From a virus (lineage: Duplodnaviria; Caudoviricetes): 24,208 nucleotides of DNA. Shown in pieces: positions 8,318-18,313 of this stretch (position 1 is the first letter of the stretch; every line of letters begins with the position of its first letter). The position numbers were made by a program, and so were the translations under genes. The notes below the pieces were generated by a model. That model saw nothing but the letters and a program-made list of their open reading frames with translations, did not search any database and was not told the origin of the DNA. The stretch lies in the IMG/VR virus record IMGVR_UViG_3300043747_000015, positions 1 through 24,208 of that record; one strand, given 5' to 3'.

Positions 8318-10119
8318 TAGATTAAATCGCCTTTATCAGTAGTAACAGTAGTATCATAGATCACACCAAGGGAACCGATACCCTTCCACACGTTACCCGT
8401 TCTTACAATGTCAGAACATGTATTCGTCACATATAAAGCGTAATTACCTTTGTTGGTTCCGTCTTTTGCAACGTTACCCACCAATGTACCCCTTGAACAT
8501 GTGGAAACGATGTGAACATGATTATAGGTGCTATTGACGCGGTTAATATTTCTAGTTCGATTTCCTACAATCGTAAATTCTGTTACGTTGTCAGAAACTA
8601 AAATACCGTGACTGTCAATATCTCCTAGGGAGTTTTCTGCTATTGTCACATTTACAGTCCCACCTGTCACAGAAATTCCGTTGCCTGTTAAGTCAAGACA
8701 ACGATTGGCAATGACTTTTAAACTTGTACCATATGAAACAGCAATAGCTGTATTCTGAATCCCTCTAATGGTGTTATGGGAAACATCTAAATTGTCAAAG
8801 TATTGTCCGAATACACATGCAGCGTTTCCACCTGCATCTTCAATGGTGTTATTCACGATTTTACAGTTACGTATTTTTGCATCTGTTGTACCATAAATCC
8901 GAATATGGTTTTTCGTTTTGATTCCCTTAAATTTGTTACCCGAGATTAGGAAATTATCAGCATCTTGGAAGCTAGAAGCAGGATTTCCATTAACATCAAA
9001 TTTGTCCGTATCTTTGAAAGCTACATAGAGAATGATTCCACCCTCTGAATTAAGGAATGTGTTATTTACAATTTTGACATTTTTCCAGTTGTACGCTTGC
9101 ATTCCATAATCTGTTACACCATCAAACATACAATCTTCTATTAATATGCTTTCATGCCATGCACCCATATAGGCACCATGCGAACCCATGCCCCTTGCTA
9201 CCGCTGTTGTCCCACTTGTACCACTTGAACCGAAATAACATTTTCTAAAGGTAATAGCTTTACATACAGTTCCGTCATAAGCGCCAAATGCGGGAAATCC
9301 GTCCGCACCAGCAAAGTCTAATTGAATCGCTTCCGCTGTTAGGTTACTCGCTGAAGCCGATAAACCAATACACTTTACATTGTCGAATAATACCCGAAAA
9401 CTAGAGTTACATTCGATAGAGTGGGAGTTTGCATCTTTCATAGTCAAGTCACGGAAAACTAAATCCCTAGCATGTGCAAAGGCAAATCCTGAAGCCGTTG
9501 AAGATTGTGTGACTCCATTAATATCCCATAATCCACCCTCAATGGTGATGTTCCCATTACCGTTGTATCCGGTAGCCGTTAAAGTGCCGCGGACACCATT
9601 CATTAATAAGTACCCTGAATGATTCCGTTTAATCGATGCACCGTGTGCCGATATTTTCGTATTTGCATAGATTGTTAATTCTGCTGTTGTTGTTAATGTG
9701 TACCCTTGTGGAATAATCAGATGAATTCCACCCGCTGTTTTAGCAAGGTCTAAACAGTTTTGAAAGCCTACTGTTTGAGAAAGGTTATTAACTTCGATGT
9801 ACCTTTTTACATTGATGAATGGTAATGCTGTTACCATTTGTTCAATGATATTTGCTAAGGTTCCATCATTTAACCATATGGTTAATTGGTCTCTTACCGC
9901 ATCTGTTAACCCTTCACCCATTACCCATGCAACAATCTCATTCCATTGGGCACCGATCCCATTTAACAGACCGCCAATGTCATTTGTATACTTAATGAGT
10001 TTGTTTAACTTTTGAAGAAGGGTTAATTCTTCATCGAATGCACTTGGCAAATAACGTTCATATTCTTGGAAATTCATTGTTGGTATGGTTTGCCATGGTG
10101 TTATTGTTGGTTGTGTCAT
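8317..10119 (-). CDS. pre-neck appendage/tail spike (gp12-like N-terminus, right-handed beta-helix)
   Basis: YERYLPSAFDEELTLLQKLNKLI resembles the phi29 gp12 N-terminus; repeated xxNxxx beta-helix coils (pectate-lyase-like). Confidence 0.85.
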   Translation of the reverse strand: MTQPTITPWQTIPTMNFQEYERYLPSAFDEELTLLQKLNKLIKYTNDIGGLLNGIGAQWNEIVAWVMGEGLTDAVRDQLTIWLNDGTLANIIEQMVTALPFINVKRYIEVNNLSQTVGFQNCLDLAKTAGGIHLIIPQGYTLTTTAELTIYANTKISAHGASIKRNHSGYLLMNGVRGTLTATGYNGNGNITIEGGLWDINGVTQSSTASGFAFAHARDLVFRDLTMKDANSHSIECNSSFRVLFDNVKCIGLSASASNLTAEAIQLDFAGADGFPAFGAYDGTVCKAITFRKCYFGSSGTSGTTAVARGMGSHGAYMGAWHESILIEDCMFDGVTDYGMQAYNWKNVKIVNNTFLNSEGGIILYVAFKDTDKFDVNGNPASSFQDADNFLISGNKFKGIKTKNHIRIYGTTDAKIRNCKIVNNTIEDAGGNAACVFGQYFDNLDVSHNTIRGIQNTAIAVSYGTSLKVIANRCLDLTGNGISVTGGTVNVTIAENSLGDIDSHGILVSDNVTEFTIVGNRTRNINRVNSTYNHVHIVSTCSRGTLVGNVAKDGTNKGNYALYVTNTCSDIVRTGNVWKGIGSLGVIYDTTVTTDKGDLI

Positions 10120-10152
10120 TGTTTCACCTCATTTGTAAATTTTTTATGTTTT

Positions 10153-10176
10153 GTCGTTATAGTCTCCAAGTGCGCA
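10153..10176 (-). repeat. 24-bp dispersed motif, copy B (TGCGCACTTGGAGACTATAACGAC)
   Basis: Directly follows the TAG of 10177..11631; shares an exact CACTTGGAGACTA with copy A and TGCGCACTT with copy D. Confidence 0.8.
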
Positions 10177-11631
10177 CTAACCTTTTACATAATCATAGAT
10201 ATTATCAATGTCAGCAACTGCAATTCTGCCGCTCCATGAGAATGTTTCCCCGACCATCAAAGAACTTATATTATAATTGGTAAAATAAAATTTTGGAGTT
10301 GTTGCACGTTGCCAATAGCGTACTGCTTTTGTTGTATCCTTACCTGTTAACCCTTTTCGAATCGTTTTTAAAGGGTAATCAATACTTGCAGCTGCAATCA
10401 AAGTGGGTCTTGCAGAGTTAACGATTGCATAACTATAACAATTGTCTTTTTCCTCGGTAAAATAATAATCCGAATCATCGGCAGCATTTACTTTTGAATT
10501 TCCGAAACTTGTTAAACCTTCATTCAAATAAGCAGGGTCAGCAGGTAACATAATTGGATAACCCGCACCTATGCTGGCAGCTTGGAGTGTTTTCCATTTA
10601 CCACTTATATTAGCAATTCCGTTTAAGTCAAAATGATAAGTGATTTTAATATTAGCAACATCACCACTCACACTTGGCAAACGTGCTGCAATGTCTTGAA
10701 TCAGTTTCACATCTTTACAAGGAATTACCTGTCCGTCTGTCATGGTTGTTGGGTCAGTCACGACACCATCTATTTTAAAAACAGGCGAAGAAGAATTGAA
10801 CGCTGTACCTACACCATGATCTGGAACCCATTGAGTATTTCCGTTCACCGTAATACTAAAAGCCATTTCTTTATTGGAATTTGTGATTAGTAAGTTCGAA
10901 TTATTATTGTTGTACTCCACATAACCAACGATTGTTCCGGTAGCAGTTGAAGAAGGGTAAAAAATCCATCCTCTAGCTGTTCCGCCTGATGGTGCATTTA
11001 ATGGATCAGCACCTTTAAAAGTTGCAACAATAGAATGGACTTTTGTAGGGTCTAAACCGCTCACAAGAGGGACATCTACCTGTCCTGCTGTAGCTGAATA
11101 AGTAGAAATTGTATAGGTTTTTGTTGGGTCATTATCAACAACAATGCTCCATATTCCCCCACGATTGTCCTTATATGCTCGAAACGTTAAAGAACTTCCT
11201 TTAACATTTGCAGTAAACGTGTCATTTACAGTTGTTGTGTACCATATTTCAGTAGAGGATTGAACCCACGTTCCTACTTTAGTTGCCAATTGTTTATCAT
11301 AAACGGATTGAGTAATTGATCCAACATAACACGCTCCAATTTTTAAAAAATCGTCGTTTGCGTCTTTCATCAAATTGTAGGAAACATGCTTAACACCGTT
11401 GTGCATAAAAATGGAATAATCATTCAAAGCGTTTCTTCTAAAAACCATTGAAGAATGACTTGTTAAATTCTTGATGATTTTTACAAAGTCCGCTTGTGAC
11501 ATGATTTTTTCAACATCACTTTGCTTCGCATTATCCGCCAAGGACGCCTGAAGGTCTGCTATCGATTGACCTAAATTCACAGGTTCACTGTGTGTATAAT
11601 CGGGAAAAGGCTTTTGTCCTACTGTTGCCAT
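10177..11631 (-). CDS. extra tail/receptor-binding-like protein
   Basis: Beta-rich 484-aa ORF in the tail module between collar and appendage genes; short N-terminal anchor ending in LADNAKQ. Confidence 0.6.
   Translation of the reverse strand: MATVGQKPFPDYTHSEPVNLGQSIADLQASLADNAKQSDVEKIMSQADFVKIIKNLTSHSSMVFRRNALNDYSIFMHNGVKHVSYNLMKDANDDFLKIGACYVGSITQSVYDKQLATKVGTWVQSSTEIWYTTTVNDTFTANVKGSSLTFRAYKDNRGGIWSIVVDNDPTKTYTISTYSATAGQVDVPLVSGLDPTKVHSIVATFKGADPLNAPSGGTARGWIFYPSSTATGTIVGYVEYNNNNSNLLITNSNKEMAFSITVNGNTQWVPDHGVGTAFNSSSPVFKIDGVVTDPTTMTDGQVIPCKDVKLIQDIAARLPSVSGDVANIKITYHFDLNGIANISGKWKTLQAASIGAGYPIMLPADPAYLNEGLTSFGNSKVNAADDSDYYFTEEKDNCYSYAIVNSARPTLIAAASIDYPLKTIRKGLTGKDTTKAVRYWQRATTPKFYFTNYNISSLMVGETFSWSGRIAVADIDNIYDYVKG
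11525..11548 (-). repeat. in-frame copy of the 24-bp motif (GGCGTCCTTGGCGGATAATGCGAA, encodes ASLADNAK)
   Basis: Matches consensus GCG..CTTSG..GAT....CGA; same orientation as copy B. Confidence 0.6.
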
Positions 11632-11644
11632 AATCCACCCCCAT

Positions 11645-11968
11645 TTAAATTGTGTACCAATAATTTTTTATATTGATTAACCATAAACCTGCATTTTCTA
11701 AAAGAGTAATGTCTCGTGAATCCTCAAATTTTAGATTCCCTAACCCATTTCTCAACACGACACTACCGCTATTTGAATTGAGTACATATAAAACCTGCCC
11801 ATCTGACCCAACAATGGTATTAACGCTTCCACCTGTTAAGAATTCAAGTCGTTTCTTTCCTAGTGGATTGACCGTTGAACTAGCATTTATGCTTGTGGTA
11901 CCCTCTGAATCGCTAACACCTGTTAACTCACCATAACGACTAATAATATCATCTAATGAAATCTTCAT
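11645..11968 (-). CDS. hypothetical late protein
   Basis: GGAGG RBS; co-directional within the late operon. Confidence 0.7.
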   Translation of the reverse strand: MKISLDDIISRYGELTGVSDSEGTTSINASSTVNPLGKKRLEFLTGGSVNTIVGSDGQVLYVLNSNSGSVVLRNGLGNLKFEDSRDITLLENAGLWLINIKNYWYTI

Positions 11969-11977
11969 ACCATCCTC

Positions 11978-12802
11978 CTAGTACACCAACATAAATAATT
12001 CTTTTCGCATTTCTCTGAAGATATCTTTTTCAATTCTTAGGAAGGTGGAACGATATTCATTGACCATTGAAGAAAAAGTGCTATCCCCTGTTTTTCCGGC
12101 AATGTATTGGAGATAATCTTCCGTTTCATTTATGGAGGTATTGCTAGTCGATCCAACATGAGACGTTTCACTAGAAGTTCCATCCACCGTATTATTGGAA
12201 GTTCCATCTTCGGTGTTACTAGCTGTTTTAGAATTATTGGTGTTATCTTCTTCAATCTTACTTGCATATTCGATAACCCCCGTCCCATCATTTGAGGTAA
12301 TGGTTAAACGTGATTCAGGTGTATCACTTAACAAGTTTCGACTAAAATTATCTTCGGTTCCTGTCCCGTTGCTTGTTTGGTGGGTGGTTCCGTTATTGGT
12401 TTGGTGCGCTGTCCCACTTGAATTTCCATCCATAGTAGAGGTTTGATTTTGCTTTTTATCGTTTGATTTTGTTTTTCTAATTTCCGTCATGGAGTTAACT
12501 AAAGGGTCAAAGTCTAGTAATTCGGATTCAAACAATTTATTAAAGTAAGGCATGTTCACGTTCATCCAGTTTTTTAACCTGAATTTGAATAATCCCTCTG
12601 TCTCGAATCCGATTTCACTCATATAGAAATTATTGATAAAGTGAGTTTCAAACACTTTCTTGTAATTGATATCAAAAATCGGATAATCAAAGTCAAACAA
12701 CTTGGGTCTACCAATTTCAATTCGTTGATCCCATGAAAGATTTTCAGTGTCCTGTGAGAATGCTTCAATGTAGTTTCGTAATTCCATTGTATAACTAGAC
12801 AT
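11978..12802 (-). CDS. lower collar/tail tube protein (gp11-like)
   Basis: MSSYTMELR...[11 protein letters not shown]...FETHF...[12 protein letters not shown]...ELFMLVY; ATG 12802 follows GGAGG and overlaps the connector stop. Confidence 0.92.
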   Translation of the reverse strand: MSSYTMELRNYIEAFSQDTENLSWDQRIEIGRPKLFDFDYPIFDINYKKVFETHFINNFYMSEIGFETEGLFKFRLKNWMNVNMPYFNKLFESELLDFDPLVNSMTEIRKTKSNDKKQNQTSTMDGNSSGTAHQTNNGTTHQTSNGTGTEDNFSRNLLSDTPESRLTITSNDGTGVIEYASKIEEDNTNNSKTASNTEDGTSNNTVDGTSSETSHVGSTSNTSINETEDYLQYIAGKTGDSTFSSMVNEYRSTFLRIEKDIFREMRKELFMLVY

Positions 12803-13709
12803 TGTTAGCACCTCCATTTGATTCACTGATATTTCCTTGCAATTGTTCGACTATTTCATGTCGTAATTTAACACTAAGATTCAAATCGGGATACAATTCG
12901 TTTATCTTCGCGCATGCCTCTTCTCTAGCTTTAAGAAAAACATTCGCCGACGCCTGTATTTGCTCATCATTTGAATTTGCTTCATCCGAAATCATACGCT
13001 CCTTTTTGTCCATGTTTGCATTCTTAATTCCTAAGTAGGTGCAAACCTCCATCCAAACCGCATTTTTCTGTAAATTAAGTTTGTCTACCACAAAAGGGGC
13101 ATCTGTTTTCAATACTTTAATAGAATCAACGTCCATTCCTTCATTCACCATGATTACAGGGGCGTTTCCCTCATATTGGTTGTATACCTGTTTCATAGAA
13201 TATAAGGTGTTGTCATTCGCTGTTATTAAAACAGGTGTTTTTTGCGCATTTTGGTTTACTCTGATAACTTCTTTTAATTCTGACAAATCCTTAGCAAACA
13301 TACGTAAACTTGGAATCGTACTAAAATGGTAGTCGTTGTTATATATCACAACCCCCATTTTATTGGATACGTCCGTCATATCTTTGTAATTCATGATGTA
13401 GAAAGTATCCTGCAATTGCGGCATATTCACATGAAATTTTGTGGGTAGGTTGTAGTGATCGACTACACCTGACAAAGCCCCTTGTGCTACCAAATAACCA
13501 AGATGTTTATGCTTGTAAAATCCTACATACCCTTGCATGTGTAAACTCATTTCCATGTATCTAGGGTCTACTGAATCCGGCAGTCCTTCCCATTCAAATA
13601 GTTGGAATGCTAAAGAGGAAAGATATTGATAATAATGAGTATAATAATCATTTCCAAGTTCCATCTGTATTTGATTGGGATTCTGGTTTTTTCTAAATTT
13701 TCTACTCAT
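12795..13709 (-). CDS. upper collar/connector (portal, gp10-like)
   Basis: [40 protein letters not shown] motifs; synteny. Confidence 0.95.
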   Translation of the reverse strand: MSRKFRKNQNPNQIQMELGNDYYTHYYQYLSSLAFQLFEWEGLPDSVDPRYMEMSLHMQGYVGFYKHKHLGYLVAQGALSGVVDHYNLPTKFHVNMPQLQDTFYIMNYKDMTDVSNKMGVVIYNNDYHFSTIPSLRMFAKDLSELKEVIRVNQNAQKTPVLITANDNTLYSMKQVYNQYEGNAPVIMVNEGMDVDSIKVLKTDAPFVVDKLNLQKNAVWMEVCTYLGIKNANMDKKERMISDEANSNDEQIQASANVFLKAREEACAKINELYPDLNLSVKLRHEIVEQLQGNISESNGGANNV

Positions 13710-15496
13710 TATATCACCTCATTATTTAGCGAATAATTTCCAACATCATCTGTATGCCATAGGGTTATTCCACCATCAAAAATAGATTTTAATTCTTGCA
13801 AATCTTCATTATTAATAGAAGCTAAAATATTGCAGTTTTTTGTTTGAACATAATTCCAATATTGTCGGGTATGGAAGTTCGGTACTTTTACTTCATTTAG
13901 CTTGTACCCAAACATCCCAAAGAAATCTTCTAATTTGCGAATATACTCATCTTTAATTTGTTTCTTAATTAGGTATACCCCGTTATAACTATTCCCTAAC
14001 GTGTAAGACGTATTTGAACCCATCTTAGCAATTTGAGGAGGTACGTTTGCAATATCATCCTTTTTGGCTTGCATACCTTGCAAAGCTAGAACGTCGTTTC
14101 CTGCGCCTTTTACCATGCCCACAACACCCATTGCCGCACCCGCCACATTACCCGTTGCTCCTGTAACAGCGGTACCCGCCAAACCGCCCATAAAATTCAT
14201 GGTTCCATTCCAGAGAATAGAGTTTCTTTGATTTTGCAAGCTGTTACGGTTTCCTTGTAGATAAGCCGACAAAAGATCGGTAACAATCGGAATATCATTT
14301 GGTTCATTATTAATAAGTGCATGTTCGTCTGCTAAGTGGATCGGGTCTGCGTCAGGATTCATATAGTTATAATCGGTGATCGAATAACTAGTTTTGTTTG
14401 ATACTCCCAAACTACCCTTTACCCGAATCGTAATGTCTTTTGATGAAATGTATTCATTTTTATAGATTTGACGGTTTCCTTTAAAATCATCAAGGATCAA
14501 TTGTGTATAAGGATACATGAGTAATTTTGACTCCTTCACGGTCTTGTACCCATAATACTTATCTACGTATGACTCTGCGAAACTATCGAAATCCTTTACT
14601 TTTTGAACATAGAAACAACTAAAAGCGTTACTCCCAGAACCAACTTGAACCGCCTTTACAATGTTACCATTATCAGGAAACTCAATGGTGTCGGTGCCTT
14701 CTCCATCAACAGAGTAATTAATCGGAATTCCTGTGTAATCTGTGATATAAAGGGAAACCACATTATTTACTGAATCATCTAACACGTAAATGTTTTCAAG
14801 TAATTGTGATGGTTTAGTAGGAATAACGGTAAAACTATCTGCTGTTATGGTTACTTGTGGTACCGTATCATCATCTTTAAACGGTAGGATATAGGCTCCT
14901 AGTGGTTGTGGTGAACCGACAACAGTAGCCTTTACAAGATTATCCGTTGTGTGTAAAGGTGTCTTTGTGATGATAACCAACCATTTGTAGCTATTGTTAG
15001 GTTTGTAATTAATAGTATAAACATTGTCCATCTCTGTCCCATAGTGTAAACCCTCATCAACCGTATTTATCACGGGTGTTCCGTCACTATTCCAGAGTTT
15101 ACAATGTTCCCTGACTACATAGGAGGGTTTGAAGTTCATTTCAAAACACCAAGTCTGGAAAACGTCTATTTCAAAGTGTACCCATGTATTTCCACTATTT
15201 TTATATTCTAATTTTGTGACAAAAGCGTAAAACCATTTACTATTATAAGAAGTGTTACGGAACATAATATAATTAGTTCCCCATAAATCGTCAATTTTTC
15301 TATTGACGGATACTAAGTTCTTTCCTTCAATCTTTTGAAACGTTGCATCTGCCATTGAGTGCACCGTTGTTTTAGCAAGGAAATAGTTAGTTTGTTCGGT
15401 GACAGTGTCAAACCATCGTGTATTTTTGTAGTCACTATTGAAAGGGATACCCGACAAAAATCGGATATCCGTTCCTGATAATGGTACGGTTGCCAT
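13709..15496 (-). CDS. tail knob protein (gp9-like)
   Basis: [10 protein letters not shown]...[18 protein letters not shown]...[23 protein letters not shown]. Confidence 0.93.
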   Translation of the reverse strand: MATVPLSGTDIRFLSGIPFNSDYKNTRWFDTVTEQTNYFLAKTTVHSMADATFQKIEGKNLVSVNRKIDDLWGTNYIMFRNTSYNSKWFYAFVTKLEYKNSGNTWVHFEIDVFQTWCFEMNFKPSYVVREHCKLWNSDGTPVINTVDEGLHYGTEMDNVYTINYKPNNSYKWLVIITKTPLHTTDNLVKATVVGSPQPLGAYILPFKDDDTVPQVTITADSFTVIPTKPSQLLENIYVLDDSVNNVVSLYITDYTGIPINYSVDGEGTDTIEFPDNGNIVKAVQVGSGSNAFSCFYVQKVKDFDSFAESYVDKYYGYKTVKESKLLMYPYTQLILDDFKGNRQIYKNEYISSKDITIRVKGSLGVSNKTSYSITDYNYMNPDADPIHLADEHALINNEPNDIPIVTDLLSAYLQGNRNSLQNQRNSILWNGTMNFMGGLAGTAVTGATGNVAGAAMGVVGMVKGAGNDVLALQGMQAKKDDIANVPPQIAKMGSNTSYTLGNSYNGVYLIKKQIKDEYIRKLEDFFGMFGYKLNEVKVPNFHTRQYWNYVQTKNCNILASINNEDLQELKSIFDGGITLWHTDDVGNYSLNNEVI

Positions 15497-15513
15497 TAAA
15501 TCAACTCCATTAA

Positions 15514-15575
15514 ATATGTGTGACTATTGACCCCTACACCTTTTAATAAGGTAAGCTATTAACCCCCACACATAT
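15514..15575 (-). promoter_or_regulatory. pseudo-symmetric structured element between the capsid and tail-knob genes
   Basis: Perfect 9-bp outer inverted repeat, 5-bp inner hairpin, and two GGGGTYAATAG direct repeats between them. Confidence 0.55.
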
Positions 15576-15584
15576 ATTAATTTA

Positions 15585-16937
15585 TTAAAGAACGATTGTA
15601 ACGATTGATTCACCAATAACGTCTGTTGTGTCTGGTCCAGCTCCGTCAGTATCGACTCCCATTCCAGTTACGGTTGCACGGACAAGTAATTCACCTGTTT
15701 GGTTAGATGCAACAGTTAAGACACCATTAGAGTCAATAGTGGTACCCGCCTGTTTAGTAGTAGAAGATGTAGAAGCAACTACAGACCAAGTAACAGGATG
15801 GTCTTGTCCATCTGTTGAACGTACATATGCTGTAAATTCAAAAGTATCTCCCGCTTTTAACGATACAATAGTAGGATCGACAATAACTTGAGTAACAGCG
15901 GGAACCGTACCACTAACAAACGCAACAGCATTTGAGAAACGTGATACAGATAGAGTTTGCCATAAGTGGAAATAGTAGTTCCAGTATAAGCCCTTAGGAT
16001 TCCGAATAGTCTCTAATTTCTGAAGATTGTCATATACCATAAACCAATCTCTATCAACTAGAACCGCTTCAAGTCCTGTAGAAGCAAAACCATCAATAAC
16101 AGTTACGTTCCCTAGGAATGAAGTCTTGTCCATGTTGAATGCTTTTGCTAAAACATCAACGTCAAGTTCTGCTTCCAAATCAGCGTCGATGATTAAGTGT
16201 AAATCATTCATGTCTGTACGTGTGCGCACCGCCAATGAGTTGAAATCACGAGAACCATTTGGAAGAGTCATTTTACGAGCAGTAGCACGCATTTTCTTGA
16301 CGAATTCTGTTGCCGCTGTAGCTGTGTCAGGTTTTGTCACTGGTACAACAGTGAAATAACCTTTACTGAAATAGTTGTCGATTAATAGTTTCATATATTC
16401 ATATTCATCAACTTCAGCGCTGTTATAAATTGAGTTAATAATAGAAGAAACGAAATCCTCGAAGTTACCCCAAGATACAAACGCAGATTTTAACTGTTCG
16501 TCTGAAATGGTTTGTTGATAAAAATCTTGACGGTTACGCTCATGGAATAGAACTTTAACGTTTGGAATTTGACGTTTGAAAACAGTAGACTCCGCATCAT
16601 ACGGGTCGTATTTGTGTGCTTTTGTAATGTCAGTGAAAATCTCTTCAATTGTTCTACCTTGCTGCATGAAACCTTTTTTGAACTTTTTAAGAGGGTTCTG
16701 AAGTAGAGCACGTTTAACAACTACTAGCCCGATACGGTCTACTAAGTTAACGATGAATTCATTTTGAACCGCTTGGTTAATCATGATACCCGCGCCAATA
16801 GAAGCAACGTTATCATAGCTTGCTAGACCAACGAATTGTTGGAAATTGTCACCCGATGAATTACGAATAGCATTTACAATATCATAAGTTTCTTGTACGC
16901 CTAGTGACGTTTTAATGTCTTGAATAGTAATACGCAT
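15585..16937 (-). CDS. major capsid protein (gp8-like) with C-terminal Ig-like domain
   Basis: [42 protein letters not shown]; BIG2-like C-terminus. Confidence 0.96.
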   Translation of the reverse strand: MRITIQDIKTSLGVQETYDIVNAIRNSSGDNFQQFVGLASYDNVASIGAGIMINQAVQNEFIVNLVDRIGLVVVKRALLQNPLKKFKKGFMQQGRTIEEIFTDITKAHKYDPYDAESTVFKRQIPNVKVLFHERNRQDFYQQTISDEQLKSAFVSWGNFEDFVSSIINSIYNSAEVDEYEYMKLLIDNYFSKGYFTVVPVTKPDTATAATEFVKKMRATARKMTLPNGSRDFNSLAVRTRTDMNDLHLIIDADLEAELDVDVLAKAFNMDKTSFLGNVTVIDGFASTGLEAVLVDRDWFMVYDNLQKLETIRNPKGLYWNYYFHLWQTLSVSRFSNAVAFVSGTVPAVTQVIVDPTIVSLKAGDTFEFTAYVRSTDGQDHPVTWSVVASTSSTTKQAGTTIDSNGVLTVASNQTGELLVRATVTGMGVDTDGAGPDTTDVIGESIVTIVL

Positions 16938-16945
16938 TTATATTA

Positions 16946-17254
16946 TTACACTCCCTTTTCGAGACCTTCGATAGTGACTGTCTCGCTGAATTGTTTTTCT
17001 TTTGCTTCCTCTTTTTGTTGCGGTGTACCCGATTCAGTACCTAATTGGCGAAACAGCTTGCTATTAGAAATAACAAGGTCTTTGTTTTCACCTTCAAGTT
17101 TTTCTTGTTTCTTTTGAAACTCCTCAATTTCTACGTCTGCCGAATCCATAGCAAGACGGAATTTTTGAAGGTTCTCAGAACGCGTTGCATGGTCTAGTTC
17201 TGGGTTTAATAGATCATTTAAAAGGGTCTCTCTTTCATCCCTAGATAATCTCAT
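16946..17254 (-). CDS. head scaffolding protein (gp7-like)
   Basis: LL.PELD...R.E.LQ...coiled coil...DLVISNSKLFRQLG; first late gene. Confidence 0.88.
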   Translation of the reverse strand: MRLSRDERETLLNDLLNPELDHATRSENLQKFRLAMDSADVEIEEFQKKQEKLEGENKDLVISNSKLFRQLGTESGTPQQKEEAKEKQFSETVTIEGLEKGV

Positions 17255-17293
17255 ATAAATTACCTCGCTTTCTATTAATTTCTCTACTCTTTA

Positions 17294-17302
17294 ATTTTAC
17301 CA
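17294..17302 (-). promoter_or_regulatory. candidate late promoter (A3-like), extended -10
   Basis: TGGTAAAAT (TGn plus -10) upstream of the scaffold gene, with no clear -35, as expected for a p4-activated promoter. Confidence 0.4.
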
Positions 17303-17417
17303 AATGATAGTACTATATAATAGAAGAAACTCGGTTTTCGGGTTTGTCAAGACAAAGTTTTAGGTGAAAATGAGGGGTTTTACTTTAAAAAGTTTTTCAA
17401 AAAAGTTCTAAAAATAG

Positions 17418-17446
17418 TAGACAGAAATAGAATAATAGTTTATACT
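17418..17446 (+). promoter_or_regulatory. early sigma-A promoter (A2-like)
   Basis: TAGACA, 17 bp, TATACT, with upstream A-tracts; divergent from the late operon. Confidence 0.75.
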
Positions 17447-17559
17447 TATAAATGTAGAGAGGTTAACAGCCAAGCGGGGCGATAAACACTCTATAGATCA
17501 TACTTATAGCTTAATAGAGGGGTTGCGACCCTACATAAAAGAATTGGAGGAGAAAGAAA

Positions 17560-17817
17560 ATGGCGGTTAAAATGATGCAACGTGAAGTAACTTCAACAGT
17601 TGTTAAATTCGCATCTGTTTTAGTAGAAGATGGGAAGGCAATTGCAATTGAAGGCGAACAAATTCTAGTAGGGAATGTGGAAGCTGATAAAGCCCAAAAA
17701 ATCCTTACAAAAGAATTAGGTGCAGGCGTAACGGTTCTATCAGTAGAAGCAGATACACAAGTTTATGAAATGCCTGTTGATGAATTTATCAAACTAGCAA
17801 CAATTAAAGAAGTATAA
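17560..17817 (+). CDS. double-stranded DNA-binding protein (phi29 p6-like)
   Basis: KMMQREVT.T.V..A...AQ......DTQVYEMPVDEF resembles p6; strong RBS; synteny. Confidence 0.88.
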   Translation: MAVKMMQREVTSTVVKFASVLVEDGKAIAIEGEQILVGNVEADKAQKILTKELGAGVTVLSVEADTQVYEMPVDEFIKLATIKEV

Positions 17818-17996
17818 TGGGTTGGTTCTTTTATGTTAACTTTACACTAGTGGTTTTCTTGGTTGTGGTTAGTTGGTTGAACTTCTATTATTCAGTAACT
17901 AAAACAAAACTAGAGTTAATCACCTGTATTTTATGGTCAGTGATATTCGTAATTGACTTGATTAGATTAGTAGTGTTTCAAATGTTTAACAATTAA
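17817..17996 (+). CDS. 59-aa two-TM membrane protein, not in the ORF track
   Basis: TAATG overlap with the p6 stop; MGWFFYVNFTLVVFLVVVSWLNFYYSVTKTKLELITCILWSVIFVIDLIRLVVFQMFNN. Confidence 0.65.
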   Translation: MGWFFYVNFTLVVFLVVVSWLNFYYSVTKTKLELITCILWSVIFVIDLIRLVVFQMFNN

Positions 17997-18072
17997 TTAA
18001 TTATTAAAAGGTTAACAAATTGTAGTTGAATTTTTCTCGCTAAGTTTAATTCACAAACAAAAAATAAAAATA

Positions 18073-18256
18073 TCATTCTTATGTGACGAATCAATCTATT
18101 GTACAGTATCTAGATAGTTGCGGAAACAACTTTCTAGTAGTTTTAAGTGGACGAAATTGCTTTGAATCGTGGGTAAATAGGGTATTGGATAAAATAAAAT
18201 TATCCCGTACATTATATCGTGTACTATTGAATGGTTATTGCACGTAAAACGAATGA
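18073..18256 (+). ncRNA. uncharacterised structured RNA or leader upstream of ssb
   Basis: Long interrupted closing stem enclosing three hairpins; G-U pairs favour the + strand; no ORF of 60 aa or more here. Confidence 0.55.
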
Positions 18257-18313
18257 CTAGCCCGCCCCTAATGAAATGAATTAAAAATCTTAATTGGAAT
18301 GAGGAATTTTATA

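Noticed and set aside
12140-12440. Thr/Ser/Asn-rich quasi-repeats ([15 protein letters not shown])
   Set aside because: Low-complexity beta-hairpin region expected in lower-collar/tail-tube proteins
6665-17117. Antisense ORFs within the late operon (6665, 9380, 9797, 10038, 10633, 11673, 12107, 12195, 12802, 13039, 15628, 16027, 16920) and the same-strand ORF 16490..16720
   Set aside because: Shadows of well-supported structural genes, with no recognisable motifs
17345-17350. Minus-strand TTGACA as the -35 of the late promoter
   Set aside because: No acceptable -10 at 16-18 bp; it is part of a short TTTGTC-AA-GACAAA inverted repeat of unknown meaning
18073-18256. This region as the pRNA or a hammerhead ribozyme
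   Set aside because: It lacks the UUGAGU loop, complementary loops and a CUGANGA core; 23791-23907 fits pRNA far better
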